64,000 bases of DNA from the NCBI GenBank assembly GCA_050273025.1, contig CP158635.1:1984001-2048000 (forward strand), read 5' to 3'. The notes under the pieces are model-generated. The model had not been told where the DNA came from and ran no database searches. It was given only the letters and a program-made list of their open reading frames with translations. This DNA is from Cenococcum geophilum. Lineage: Eukaryota. Position numbers and translations under genes: made by a program. Of the stretch, positions 13,117-25,738 are shown piece by piece. Numbering within the stretch: the first letter of the stretch is position 1; each line of letters begins with the position of its first letter.

Positions 13117-13599
13117 CAGTAATATGCACGACTAGCTTCCACCCCTCTAAAAAAAAAAATTATTTCGCTTCGGTACGCGGGCTCGCTAAATCGCCACCAA
13201 CTGTATATAGTAATTGTAGCGAACGCATGTGCCTGCACGTAAGGACCTTTTTAATTGCCCTAAAGAATCGCCTTAGTTGGCCAGAAGAACCAAACTAAGG
13301 ACGTACGCGCCCTCCCCTCCCCTTTAACTGCGCGCCCCCCCGCTATGCCGCCAAAACGCGAATACAAAGTTATTCCTACAATTGCCGATAAAATTTAGTA
13401 ATATTGTACTGGTGGAAACCTTATGATATTTAACAAAGATCACGATACTATAGAGGAAGGCCGATTGCGAAGTCTGCTAGAAGTAAAGTTCTTACAGCTA
13501 AGTATAGGCATTTGCTACGATTGCTAGCGAGCCCGCGTACCGAAGCGAAATAATATTTTTTTTTAGAGGGGGGGTGGAAGCTGATCGTGTATATTACTG
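13117..13599. mobile_element. Non-autonomous Tc1/mariner-type DNA transposon (MITE), 483 bp
   Basis: ~72-bp terminal inverted repeats (CAGTaatatgcacgactagcttccacccc...cggtacgcgggctcgcta and its reverse complement ending ...atattACTG), flanked by TA at 13115-16 and 13600-01. Confidence 0.9.
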
Positions 13600-13836
13600 T
13601 AATAGTTCGCTGTTACCTTATACTAGGGAGCAAAATACCCTAACTAAACTATCTTATTGCCTTTTTGCCAAGGCTTACTTCTTTATTGGCTAAGTCCTTA
13701 ACTTTTAGTACCGGTCTGCGCTAATCCTGTATTATATCTTATCTACTTATAGATACTTTACCCTATATTAGCTAGTAAACATTAAAGCAAGGCAGCGGCT
13801 TAACTACTTTAGATAATATTCTATAAATATAACATA

Positions 13837-14493
13837 ATGCCTTCTAATAAGGATCGTCTTTACGTCGCCCTTTACGCTTATAGCGGTAATCCTACTATAC
13901 CAAATAGAGAAGACAAGTAAGTAACGCCAGAGCCCTTACTCCTCTTAGGTGTAATATAAGTAAGCGTAAAGGTAGGATTAAAGGCCATTTTATAGCGGTA
14001 TTATATTATAGCTAACACTATATTAATAACTAGGTATTACTAGGCTCTACTAATTAGGCTAAAAACTAAAGCTGAAGGCGGAATAGGCACACAATATTAT
14101 ATAAAGGAAAGGCTGACATAGACTGGGGAAACAGAGTGGTACTATAAAGAGCGTAATACCTCTCTTACTCCAACTAGTATGCTGCTTATCCGTATTATAA
14201 TTGGTAAAGTAGAGGATAGGGATCGGCTTATAAATATATTATGTAACAACCCTATTAAATAAGGAGATTTAGGTTAGAATTATGTAATATAGATAAAAGA
14301 GGCACTTAAGGGGCTAAAAGTTAATAGAAAAGCCTTAGGCACTAGCGTAATAGAGTAAAATTAAGTACGAGATAGGGCAATGACGTATTATTAGAGAAAG
14401 AAGGATCAGCATCATTTCAATAGTTAGGGCAACTTTGATATAAACAAGACCCCGACTTATAACTTAATAGACGGCATAGAGACAATTCCCTAA
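13837..14493 (+). pseudogene. Conserved fungal small protein, DUF6914-like, one intron
   Basis: MPSNKDRLYVALYA...EDK/YY*ALLI (YHWALL)...MLLIRIIIGKVEDRDRL...G*NYVI*IKEAL (GWNCVxWVKEAL)...KALGTSV...PTYNLIDGIETIP*. Family name is from recall. Confidence 0.75.
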
Positions 14494-14574
14494 ATATTTA
14501 TTATAATAAGATTATTAGAATTCATCCTTATTCACCCTAGGAAAAGAGAAAGAGGTCCTTTAAAAGTAGAGCAT

Positions 14575-15399
14575 TTAGAAATCTCCGAAATATTGCTAAC
14601 AAATTTTCTCTATAGCTAGTTCCTCGGGTATAGGATTAAGAAATTTATCGACCTCGTCTCGCTAAAAGGAGTTTTATAGATTGACCTAATATGCCATAGT
14701 GTACTTCTAGTACGGTAGGAACCACCCAGCGGTCTCCTAATTAACGATTCTAATAACTTTATCTCCATATACAAGAATATTTAAGCTGCTTAAATTACCG
14801 TATATAAAAACAGGCGGAAGCCAGGGCCTATTATGTTTAGCTATAAGCTGTCTTAGCTCTAGTTCGAATTTCGGATTAAACTCTAGCCCTTATTATAAAT
14901 ACTTGTAAAAATCTTAAATATATTTAAAGGGTCTATACTGTAAGGAGGGACCTAGGAGCCGGCAATCGTTTAGAGGCCCGCCGTTAACATTTGCAACATC
15001 CATACCTTAAGGAGGTATTTTTCGCATCTCTTAGACCATATCTTTAACTTAGGAGAGGATCTTTACCTTTAACTCGGAGCTCTATACTACCCACCTATGT
15101 TCTACTATTTCTCTATAAATCCTCTCCATTATAATATAAGTCTAATCTTTATGCGTAAAAGAGCAGAGAACTTTTAGAACCGGAATTAAAGTATTCTAGG
15201 TCAGGAATTGCATAGTACGTACTTTAGAAAGGTATTAAAAAGGGCTATATTTAACGCAGATGTTAGAAGAGAGCACGAGAACAGTTCCGTTACGTTAATA
15301 GAAACGCTTTAGTAGCTTAATCGCGAAGAGAATGAGAAAGCGGCGAAAACGGGTATTATTAATGGGTTTCGAGTCTGGTGGCAGTATAGAAAAGTCTAT
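14575..15399 (-). pseudogene. Aminoglycoside phosphotransferase/choline kinase-like (APH, PF01636-type) protein
   Basis: TMQFLT*NTLIPV, NVNGGPLNDCRL, RPFKYI*DFYKYL, VFIYGNLSSLNILV (FTHGDLSSLNILV) and IVN*ETAGWFLPY*KY (IVDWETAGWFPxYWEY). Confidence 0.9.
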
Positions 15400-16207
15400 T
15401 TATTCTTAAGTAATATCCAATATAGCTATACTAGGTAGCAAGACTAAACAATAGTCTCTAAGTACTTAGGCCTATAAGATTAAAGCCAATGTTATAAGTG
15501 AATGTTATAATTATAGAAGAGCTAAAAATAGTGTAACTAAGAATGCGTTATTAACTTAAAATGGAACCCCTTTCGTTCTTATACTTCGCCACACTTTTAA
15601 TTTAATCTCTTTAGCGACCCTATTAGCAACCGAAATTTAGCGGTACCTAAGGCAGTAGGCTTGGCCGAAACGTCACTAAATTATAACTAGGTAAGTATAG
15701 CCGACTTCCGGGTTCCCGTGCTTAAGAGTTACGTAGGTCTAGTTTAGGCCCTGCTTAGGATTATTTCTAGCGCATTCTATAAGACATAACTTATTCCTAG
15801 ACTAGACTCCGCTCTTTAATTTAGGCCGTATTGTTTTAAAGGGCCTTACTAGGTTATATTTGCTAAGTTCCTTAGGCCGTTACGTATTATACCTAATTCT
15901 CTAAGCCTATTCCTTATAGAGGGCAATAGAGGGTGGCAAAAGAACTATAGACCCTAAAGGATCTCTAAACGTAATAGAAATCACTCTATATCTGCATTTC
16001 TTTTATTAGAGCCACTTAAACAAAAGCAGGTTAATACCCTTCCAGCTATATATAATTGGAGTAATTACTTAATCTACAATCCCTCTCCGAGCTTCTCTCT
16101 TTAATTCAGTCACCTATATTTAAGAGAAGGAATGGACCTAAATTACTCCCTTAAATATTGCTTAAGACGCAGTCGAAACTAGGACTAAGAAAGAAAACCA
16201 ACAAAAC

Positions 16208-16550
16208 ATATTATCTAAAAGTATTCCACTTAGCTTAGCGCAGCTTATAGACAGCGAGAAATAGCGACTTAAAACTTATATACCAAGGACTAAAGTTTAA
16301 AGTTTATAAAGCGATCATATACACCCAATCTCCCGTACTTATAGTCGCCTGTAATAGAGACTTTTAGGTAAAAGCTAACTAAACGTTTAGTGGAATTGAC
16401 CCTAACCAGGAACTAACTAACGGGTAGGAGGCGGCGACTAACATTATAAGTATTAACGAGTTTAATTTCGGCACCGTTAAGAGAATAATCTAATTTATAT
16501 ATAAAAAGGACTATAACAATAGTGGGGAGGAGTAAGGATCCAATATTGTA
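16208..16550 (+). pseudogene. BTB/POZ domain protein fragment
   Basis: SDLKLIYQGLKFKVYKAIIYTQSPVLIVACNRDF*[intron]EAATNIISINEFNFGTVKRII*FIYKKDY matches the fungal BTB consensus SDL.I.C....F.VHK..VC.QSP......F.EA....I.L......V..M..F.Y..DY. Confidence 0.85.
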
Positions 16551-16776
16551 AGTATAAAAACTCTCTGCCGGGGTAAGGGATATGTTAATTAAAAGTTTAG
16601 CTTAAAGGGTATGGCGCAGCGCAGCTAACCCTAGGTGGCTTAATAAAGCCACCTTGCCATATTATAGTTCGAAGACGCGCTGTCTCTCTAACTTAGGAGA
16701 TTTATAAATGCACTAATTATGTAAACAATCTCCTTATAGACGTCTCTCACTTTAGTAACAGTAAATTTATTATACA

Positions 16777-17150
16777 ATGCCTCAAAGCATCCTACTTTCG
16801 CAGTTTTTCCTCCCGCTGTCGGCCGCCAGTCTTAGGCGTTTTATCACTAGCCTAGATAACCCTTATTAAGACTACCACAATCCTATTCGTAATGCTAGCC
16901 CTAAAGTTACGGAGAAAGTCTAAACTTAGTACGATAGCATTTATCATTCCTTTAACTATTAAAACGTAGCATTACAGCTTACGACCTTCCTTTCCTCCTC
17001 GTTCTCGAAGCGTTTTAAAGTATCAATCTAGATTACAGCCAATTAAGCCAAGACGTACTACTTAAACAACGCGGGACAATGGTTTCAACATCTATGCAGT
17101 CTTGAGAAACTCGCGAGTGGATTGAAAGAACTATTAATAAAGGGGAACGC
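16777..17150 (+). pseudogene. 5' fragment of a conserved fungal hypothetical protein, possibly gasdermin-fold
   Basis: MPQSILLSQFFLPLSAASLRRFITSLDNPY*DYHNP...LTTFLSSSFSKR...AKTYYLNNAGQWF, then a frameshifted ETREWIERTINKG, then truncation. Coding nature is clear; the fold is inference. Confidence 0.55.
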
Positions 17151-18096
17151 CTAGCTATAAGGGGCGCCTAGTTATATAATGCTCTACTATATAATAGTTT
17201 TACGCGAGGATCCTCTTGTTTAAATACGCCTATTTAAACCACGCTAGTTTATCTAGCGATTTATCTAAGTTAGAAGAACAGTGTCGCTTTACAATACTAA
17301 CATCCTCCAATCTTTTTAAAGAATGATAAAAGGCACTTTATAACTAAAATTAAGGGAACAGCTAACTAGATTACTTAGGTAATAGCAATTATATGCCTAG
17401 GCTTACACCTCACTGTTACTAAGGTATTATATTGGTAAAGAGTACCAATTTAGGTTTTAAGTCGGCATAATTTATAACCTTTAAAACCTTTTATAATGAA
17501 GAGTAGTAAGACCCTTAGTATATGCCGGCCTTAAGCTATAATAGAGCAGCGCCCGGTAGGCTTTCCGATTAGGCCAACTTAGGATAGGCTATAAAAGGGG
17601 CTTTTAATTATTCGTGTAGCATATAGGTGGTTACGATATATTTTTTACTTCAAATCTACTAAATAAGTTTTCGCTGCAGCTATACCTAAAAAACACAATC
17701 ATATAACCTATAACTCTTCTACTACTTTGTGTTTCGGCATCGCTTCCTAGAGCTGCTTAATTTATTATCGCAACTTGGTAGTATATAAAGAAGGTCCATT
17801 TATACTACAGCCATAGCATTCTTAGAATGGGTCTATCTTTTAATTATCTAGCCTATGGAATGTTGTTTACGCTATATATATATATTCCTATTCGCTCTTA
17901 ATAGGTATAGATCTATACCATAACCCTACTTAACCCCGCTAGCTATCCTTATGGCTCCTATACTTACTATCTCTATACCTAGTATAACTTATTCTTACGG
18001 CAGTCTGGCCTAAACAATGCGATGACCAAAAATAAGAGCGTGCTTTATATATATAGCTTAACGCGGTAAATCTAGCAAGTTATACCCTATCTTAAT

Positions 18097-19022
18097 ATAA
18101 CAAGCGATAAAATAACAGGTTTAATAAAAAATACTTCTAATCTAGCGGACCTAGTAACATCTACTCTTTAGTTAAGTCGATCGCTATATCTTATAGCTAG
18201 AGGCCTTCTAAGCTAAAGCCCTATACCTAAACTTATAGAACCGCTTAAAGCCCTCAACACGGCATTGGAAAAGCTTGCCTAGATATTAACCACAATAAAT
18301 GCCAAATTTACAGCACTAGAGCTCCCTCTACAAAGTTATAGTAAGTGTTGTAAAGAGCTTAATAAACAGATCAGTTAGGCGGCTCAATTAGGTGCTTATA
18401 ACTGGGCTACATTCAAGTATATAGGCTAGGATATCTTTAGCTTTATACGTACTTTAAAAATATACACATCTACCATCGTAATAAAGATAATAGATGTTGC
18501 GTTGTATATTAAAGGCGTACTTATATAGACTAGAGCTAATACTAACACAGGTCTGTAGGCAATATTACGTTTACTAGAGAATGCCTCGAGGAATATAAAG
18601 GGCTTATTAAAGACACTTAGTCCGCCATCCTTAAAGAACTGGAAAGTAAGGTTTATTAGTTAGGCAAAATAAAACAGTAGCTTAGTAAATTAATTTTTCT
18701 ATTACACCATAGGTTAATGTATAGTCATTTGTTAAACTAGTCTAGGCTATCTATCTCCCGTCTTTCCAAAAGTAAGAACCCACCGCCGCCATTAAAGGAG
18801 TTAGAAAGGTTATGCAACCTATAGCGGCTTAAAGCTATATATACGCGGCAACACAGCTAATTCGGTATAGCAGGCACCAAAAGATCTATCCTTTTAGTAA
18901 TTGTGGGTAAACTTGGAATAGAATATATAGTAGTTTAAAAAAGAACTGCGGTGGCAAGACTTTGCTTCGATAGAGTTAAATACATTTATATAAAGGTAAG
19001 GCAGATGTTTACAAAGTGCTAA
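18097..19022 (+). pseudogene. Fungal N-terminal domain of STAND proteins (HeLo-like N, PF17111-type)
   Basis: SNLADLVTSTL*LSRSLY...LIEPLKALNTALEKL...FTALELPLQSYSKCCKEL...NWATFKYIG*DIFSFIRTLKIYTSTI...[intron]..ECLEEYKGLIKDT matches the LxLPLxxCGxACxEF...DWAKLxYMGxDIxxF pattern. Confidence 0.7.
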
Positions 19023-19124
19023 AGTATAAAAGTCCGATATTACAAGTTATATGGAAATAGAAGATGCAGGTAAAGACTTTTCACAATATTTATAACGGTC
19101 GTCAATTATATTCCTCCCTTTAAT

Positions 19125-20640
19125 TTATATCTTATTGTTGTCTAGCTCTTTAAAATAATATCTCCATCCCCAAACCTTATCCCCATTAAGTATCTCTCGC
19201 ATTATAGGCTATAGCTTACTAGAAGCCATAATAGCAACACGTTTCAACAAGTTAAGAAGGAGGAGTATACTGTAGTGGGTGGATATACTAGCCTGCAACC
19301 CATTAAAGGGACCCTAGCACATCTAATAAATAAAGCATTAGCTAAAAGTAAGGAGATTCTAAAGAGAGAGAGGAGGTATAGCGTATAATACTATTGTTAG
19401 GCAACAAGCTGGAAATATATAATAACCATTTATGCCCAATAATAGTCCATCCTACTACTAATGGCACCAGCTTCTTAACCTTCTCTTTATTTATCGGTAT
19501 TCTTTGTCTTATATTAATCAGTTCCTGAATTTTCTATAGTATAGCTGTATAGTAGACTACAAGCTATATCTTAGCCTCTATAGCTTTCCCTCTGGCCTCC
19601 TTTAGCTCTATAGTATATATAAGAGCAACCCCAGAAGTATATGCGTCCGTCATTAGGCTAAGTATGGCACCATTATTATTATACCTGAAATTCTCGTAGA
19701 CTCTGCGAACGTCGTCATTGTCGTCTTAGTTAAATGCAATTATAAAGTCCGCCTTTTTTAATATAGTTAGCCCAGAAGTGCCTATAGATAGGAAATCGGA
19801 ATGGATATTCTGAGATTAACTATATAGCTTGGACGTTAGCAATATGGATTAAAGACTAAATAACGGTAGTAAAACTCACACGCTATTAATTTCTAGGGAA
19901 GTAATATTATCCTCCTCAACTACCGCCTCTAGGGCATCCTAGACAACTCTTACCTAAGCATTCTCGTCTTTATTATTATCGTTACATCGTTTCACCCTTA
20001 TATAAATACATTGCACGCAACTCTAGAGAAACTCTAGCCTATCTATTTCTGCCTAACCCAATTATGTTTTATCTAATTAGTCGAACATATAGGAGCAAAT
20101 ATCGTTTTTAAAAGCTATAGGGTTAGCTTGGCGGAGGCGGCGCTAGACTAGACGCCGGTTAGCTTTTAGTACATTAGAGTAAAAGAAAGGCCTATAGCAG
20201 TGTACCTTAAAGTATATTAGAACAAATTCATCAGAAAAGTTTTCGGAAAGTATACCTTAAAGTTTCTATAACGGAACAATCTAACTTATGCCATCTGGTT
20301 ATCAGATACAAATAGGAGGTCTCCCTTATTTAAGTAAGACGCGCTAGATTTGCTCGGGACTTTATAAGCCTTTACGCTTTATTAACGGACCCATTGCTTT
20401 TAATTTTCTCCTTAAGTCAAGTAAAGTAATAGAAGAGGCGTTAGTGATAGAGTTTATCTCAAAAGAGTTAACTGCGGATAATTACGACGACGGGTCAGGT
20501 CTAGGGCGGACTTATTAATAGGAGTTTAGAGAGTGACGTATTCGTTTAAGATAAGATTAAGGGGAAATTTGATATATAGGTTCTTCAAAGTTCTCTAAAG
20601 ATAATAGGGTGGCATTGACCCAGGCGCGGACGTAGTCTAT
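19125..20640 (-). pseudogene. PD-(D/E)XK nuclease-like protein (fungal PDDEXK_12/PF20516-type), two introns
   Basis: DENA*VRVV*DAL, SLEINSV/*SQNIHSDFL, KKADFIIAF, LSLMTDAYTS, IELKEARGKAIEAKI*L (ExK..GG..EA..QL), VVGWTIIGHKW and GPF. Confidence 0.8.
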
Positions 20641-22179
20641 GACGGTGATGGTAATAATAAGCTTGGCCTTACACAAGAGTTTTAAATAACCGTTACTTAG
20701 GAAGCGAGTTGGAAGGGCTTAAATCACATAACCTTAACACTATATTTAATTGAAGTCAAAATCGCATTAAATGTAACAAGATAGCATGTGAAAGTTAAGC
20801 GTTAATTCATTCCCTACTGCTAATAAGGCATAAACACCGGTTAGAATACCCTACAGCGATAAGGCAACTACGCCCGTAGGAAGATAAAAAACCGCTAAAT
20901 ATGCGACCTAAGAGATCGCGAACGCTTTATTAATATAATAAACTCCGCAATAAAGACGAATATAAAGGAGGGTGGTATTCGCGTCGCCAGGCTTTGCTTA
21001 TAGTAGGTCCCTCTTTTAAACTAGCTAGTTTGCAGAGAGTGCGCCACATATTTAGGTCTACAACTATAGTAATAAAAAAGGCACTAAAGGCAGCCGCTAA
21101 GCCGGTATAAGAGACAGCTGGCAACGCTCGGCTGCTAAAAATAGCTAGTATATAACCTTTCAAAGACGTTTCTAGAAGAGCGCCACACCTGGGAGCCTGT
21201 TTGGTATAGCGTAGAAAACAATACGGCTAGCTAAGTATCTAATACTACACTACGTAAGCGCGCTAAATTCTTATGCTAAGACACCCTATAGGCCCCTTCT
21301 TACGGATAAATCCAGAATGTATATTTTTAAGAGCTAAGTGTCTTTAAAAGCTTAGGACTGTAATAGTTCTATTAATTAAATACTCCGAAGCTTAAAATTT
21401 TGTAAAGAGTTGTGGTTTAGTAGGGGTGTAAAGCTAACGCAATTTTAGATGCTTTGTATAACGGCGCTATTGCACATTACCTGCCAAATTCTGCCAAATT
21501 CTGTTAACCTATATATTTGTTTACATCGGTCCTAGCGACCCCTTTTCCTTCTCCTTAGCTTAGTATTTTCGTAATACAGTATTCGTTTAAGCTTTAGTTT
21601 AAAGGTATTTGTTTAAGCTATAACACTTTAAAAAGAATAACTAACAGCATAATTAAAAGCATTGTATTTTTTAGGCTGTATACTGGTTTCCTAAAGGGAA
21701 ATATCTAGAGAATACTATTACTATAATTATAACTTGATAGAATCGCGGGGGAGAGAGTTAAGATGCGTAAATAATGGATTTATTACGGTATGGGTGTTAG
21801 CGACTTAGTTAATCGAGGCACGAGCACGGTAAGAGGGACGCGCAAGCCTATATGATTGGATTGTCTATAAACGAGAATCTAAAGCTAGGGAAAGGAAAGG
21901 AGAAGAAGAGCAGCGCCGCTTAATGTTTTATAATATCTTCGCGTTACGTGACCGCAATATGCGGCAATCTATAGCAACTTGCTAGTGTGAAGTTCTGCTA
22001 AGTTCTGTTAGTGCCGTAACAACGGGGGGTTTTACGCCATTTAGGGAGGGACCTTATATATATAAGGTAGGTGCAGGCAATAGAAATTAATAGTAAGCAA
22101 TACGGTAGTAAACTGCCTAATAGCGGAAAGTTTAATAGAATATTCTGTTATAGTGTAAAAATATAGCAAGTTGGCTTAG

Positions 22180-23833
22180 TTTAATTTCCCCCTATAACTA
22201 AAACCCTAGCCGTTGTCTACACTAAAACGCTTTAAATAAAAACAAGGTAGCATTTAATGATAGAATGTTCTAAAATCCCCTTACCTTATTTATATTTTTA
22301 TAAAGACTAATAAATTGCTATATAGAAGGGATGTGGCGAGTCTAGGTTTGTACAGAAAATCTCAATAAGTGAACAAGTCGCAGCGCTTAAAATAGTAGTA
22401 ATAGTTAATATTACGACCGCGTCTAAACTAAATGGTACGGTAGTTACTATAGAAATACTACTCGTCTATAACGTGCTAGGGGAGATTATACTAGAGTCTA
22501 TTAATTATAAATACAATCTACTAGTAGGTAAAGAAGAGTTAGAAGTAGAAGTACCTATAACCTAAGTGCTTAATACGGATAAAGTTAGGGAGCCTTATTG
22601 CTTAAAGGCAAAAGCGAAAGCCGAAGATTCTAAAAGAGGAAGGACTAAAGGTACTAAGTAAGAAAAGATTAACTCTAACAATAGGCGGGAAGGTGTATTA
22701 GGGGGGGAGGTAGAAGACAATAGTAAAGGAAGAGACGAAGATAACGAGGGAACTAGCGGCGAAGCCTCTCCCTATAATGCCTGCGGACACGCATTACCTA
22801 CATAAATTTACAGTGGTAAGTATAGCCCTTAGAGAATTTAGGGGATAGTCTTACTTTAAACTTTACTCTAAAATGCCCTACTTTAAAGCCCTCTTTAAAG
22901 CGCCTTCACCGTATTTAAATTATTAGAGGCGTAAATAAGATTTTTCCCTCCTAGAAAGGGCATAAGATTTAGCGCCTTTGGCGCTTATATAACCGGGTTA
23001 TATCCTTTATATATATCTGGGTAGATAATGGCTGTCAAATCATCTGTATAACAGCTCGCCCAAATTTGATCATTTATAGGAAGAGCGGAAGGATTAGCTT
23101 GGAGATTAGTAATCAGTAATAGCGAACCCTAAGGTGTGACCGAAATAGACGCTTTAACCCCTATTATTTTAACGGGAGAGCACAATATATAGAATTCTTA
23201 ATTTCTAGTGTTATTAATCCAGGTCCTAGAATTATTATTACTAATTTGAGTACGGTAGAAATAAAGGCCTTACTATATAATAATGACGTTATCTCCTAAA
23301 GGAAAATCTTTGGGGACTACGAAATAGTAGTCTTGGTTAATATTATAATAATTAGTTACTATCCCCTCTTCACCCTTTCTAACCTAGGGGTAATTTCCCT
23401 TAAAGTTCTAAACTACAACCTACGTTATACCTTAATCGTAGGAGAATAAAATTTGATATAAACCGCCACTATAAGCAGCTCCCTCTATTTAGTTTATAGT
23501 AGGGCTTATAGTATTTATAGAATCAAACAGTCTAATACTAAGTGTTAGTAAATATATATCAAGTCTCACCACTAGTTTGTTATACTAGAAGGTGACGTTC
23601 TACCTAGCCCGCTATGTAACTCCTAGTTTATTAGCAGCTTCGTTATTGCTAATATAGTGCCCCTTATACGGGAAAGGCTGCTAACTATAAATCTTAATCC
23701 TATTTATTAGCATAACTAATTGCGTAGTATTGGTAAATTCACTCCACTAAAAAGGTAGCGGATTGCCTATAAAGAGGTGCGACTAAGCAAGATAAAAGAT
23801 GGATAAAAGCGCTATAATAATGCTCGCTGCTAT
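22180..23833 (-). pseudogene. AA11-family lytic polysaccharide monooxygenase with signal peptide and Ser/Thr/Pro-rich tail
   Basis: Signal peptide (M)AASIIIALLSIFYLA*S followed by His1 (HLFIGNPLP), then PFPYKG (FPCK), GAAYSGGLYQILFSYD (GAAHSGGSCQISFSYD), NFKGNYP (FEGNCP) and WINNTRN*EFYILCSPV (WxNxxGNREFYMxC). Confidence 0.85.
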
Positions 23834-25676
23834 GGTTAAAGCAATGTAGTAAGAGTAAGGTAAAGGTAAAACTTGACATTTATAGCTAGCCCACCTATAT
23901 ACGCTAATTATTTGTATTCGGTACGGATGTATAAAAGTAATAGCCACTATAAAATAGTTAGGCCTAAATATATTACTAGTACTATACTAGCTCTAGGACT
24001 AGCGAGTTCGCCCACTAAGTAAGTCTCTAGATTACGCCTATTTGCTTAGTGACTTATTATACAATTAGCCCTAAGTAGAGGTAAGTTTTAGTTTTAGTTT
24101 AGGCCAAGCAATTAATAAATAAATATAGAGCAAGATTTTCTAGCTATAAAAGATTTATATTTTCTACTATAAAAAGCATATATTAAGCTATAATTGATTC
24201 CTATATTAAGGGTAACTAAACAGTGAATTTAATTTACGTTTTCTTGGCAAGATGTTTAAGATAGTTCCGTAATAAAGATTAGTAAAAAAACGTAGGACTA
24301 GACAATTGCTAAAATATCCTACTTACTAGTATGAAAGCGGAAGAGTCTTAGTGCACAGATAGAGTAATATATTAGAATTCCCACTGTAAGAGAGAGTATT
24401 TTCATTATTGTTTAGGTTATTATATGCGCCTGCGCAAATAGGTACGCTAGCAATATAGCTACAAGTTAGGCAGCCTAGGCCACTCTATATATACAGTCCG
24501 TAGGGCTAAAAAGGGCAGGAGTTAGTTGTACAATTAACATTTAATATATTGTACTAAATTTTGCCTCCTGCTAGAGTGTATTTAAATTAGATAATAGGGG
24601 CAGAGTCCGTAGTTATTTCCGTAATTAAGAGTTTTAATAACACGCCGCTATAACTAGGCACTTAATATGTCTTATTATAGATATCGGCGGGCCAAAGAGT
24701 AATTATATTAGACGAATAGTCCGCAGTAACTAACTAAAGGTAGACTTTAAATAAGTATTTATTGTAGATTTTGGCTTAAGCAGCTTGCACAATAGGAGTA
24801 ATAGCTAGGATAGCTACGGAAGCCACAGTAAGAAGTTGTATTTTAAGTATTGTTCCGCTAATAGAGTTAATATTCCGCAGATTATTTCAAATTGTTCTCT
24901 ACTAGGGTGTAAGGATTAGCGCGTTATACTAAAAGGTTCTAGTATAAGGCCAGGTCATAATAGTCAAACATCATTTTTTCACCCTTAGCCGAAAAGTAAT
25001 ATGTCACCGGTCTCATCGGTCTTATTAGTCTTACCCCCCTATTATACAAACCCTTTATTAAAATTACGTGGAGTCATTCTCCTTAAAATATCAAATTTCT
25101 TCAGTAGGAGTTTTAGTAAGCATATTCTTATCTTTCTGCATTAGGATAATCACAATCATCCTACTTGCTCAAATCTTTATCCTCTCAAAGATCTAAATAT
25201 ATGTATTATTATCCTTATCCAAAACACAACACTAAGGCAAGTCCGTTGTCGTCGCATATAGGTTCGCATTTCTTAAATAGGCCACTAGGCCTTTTACTAG
25301 GCCAAAGATATACCAGAAACGCCCACCGCAGCTTCATCTCCACCTTTATATAACTTAGCCTCTACGCTATCATACCTTTCTAGAGATCCCCTAGATAATA
25401 GACCAGATAGAGGTAAAGCCGGAATAAAGAATACTGGGGAGGATTTACAAGAGGATTCGTTGCTAAATAAAGGCTGATACAAGCATTAAAAAGAAAGGTT
25501 AAAGAAGTAAATAGCGCTTAAATATTTGTATAAACTCTCTATAAGTACAGTGATACACTTTAGAATCTAAATATTATGTTTTTTTACGTACTGTTGGTTA
25601 TATAAGGGGATATCACGTAGCTACGGTTCGTAGATAGTATAATAATTGTTCTTCTTTTTAATAATTCTAAGAAAGG

Positions 25677-25738
25677 GGTAAGGAACTTAAGGTTCCTTAC
25701 CACGCTAGTGCCGCGGCGGCATGTGATGGCAACTTGCC
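25677..25738 (+). repeat. Hairpin + acgCTAGtgccgcggc motif, copy 1
   Basis: ggtaaggaac-ttaag-gttccttacc is a perfect 10-bp stem, followed by acgctagtgccgcggc; homologous to 33828-33889. Confidence 0.8.

Noticed and set aside
25677..25708. Definite Helitron 3' terminus
   Set aside because: Homology between the two copies continues past CTAG, the hairpin is only 3 nt from CTAG, and no Rep/helicase relic was recognised. Kept only as a hypothesis.
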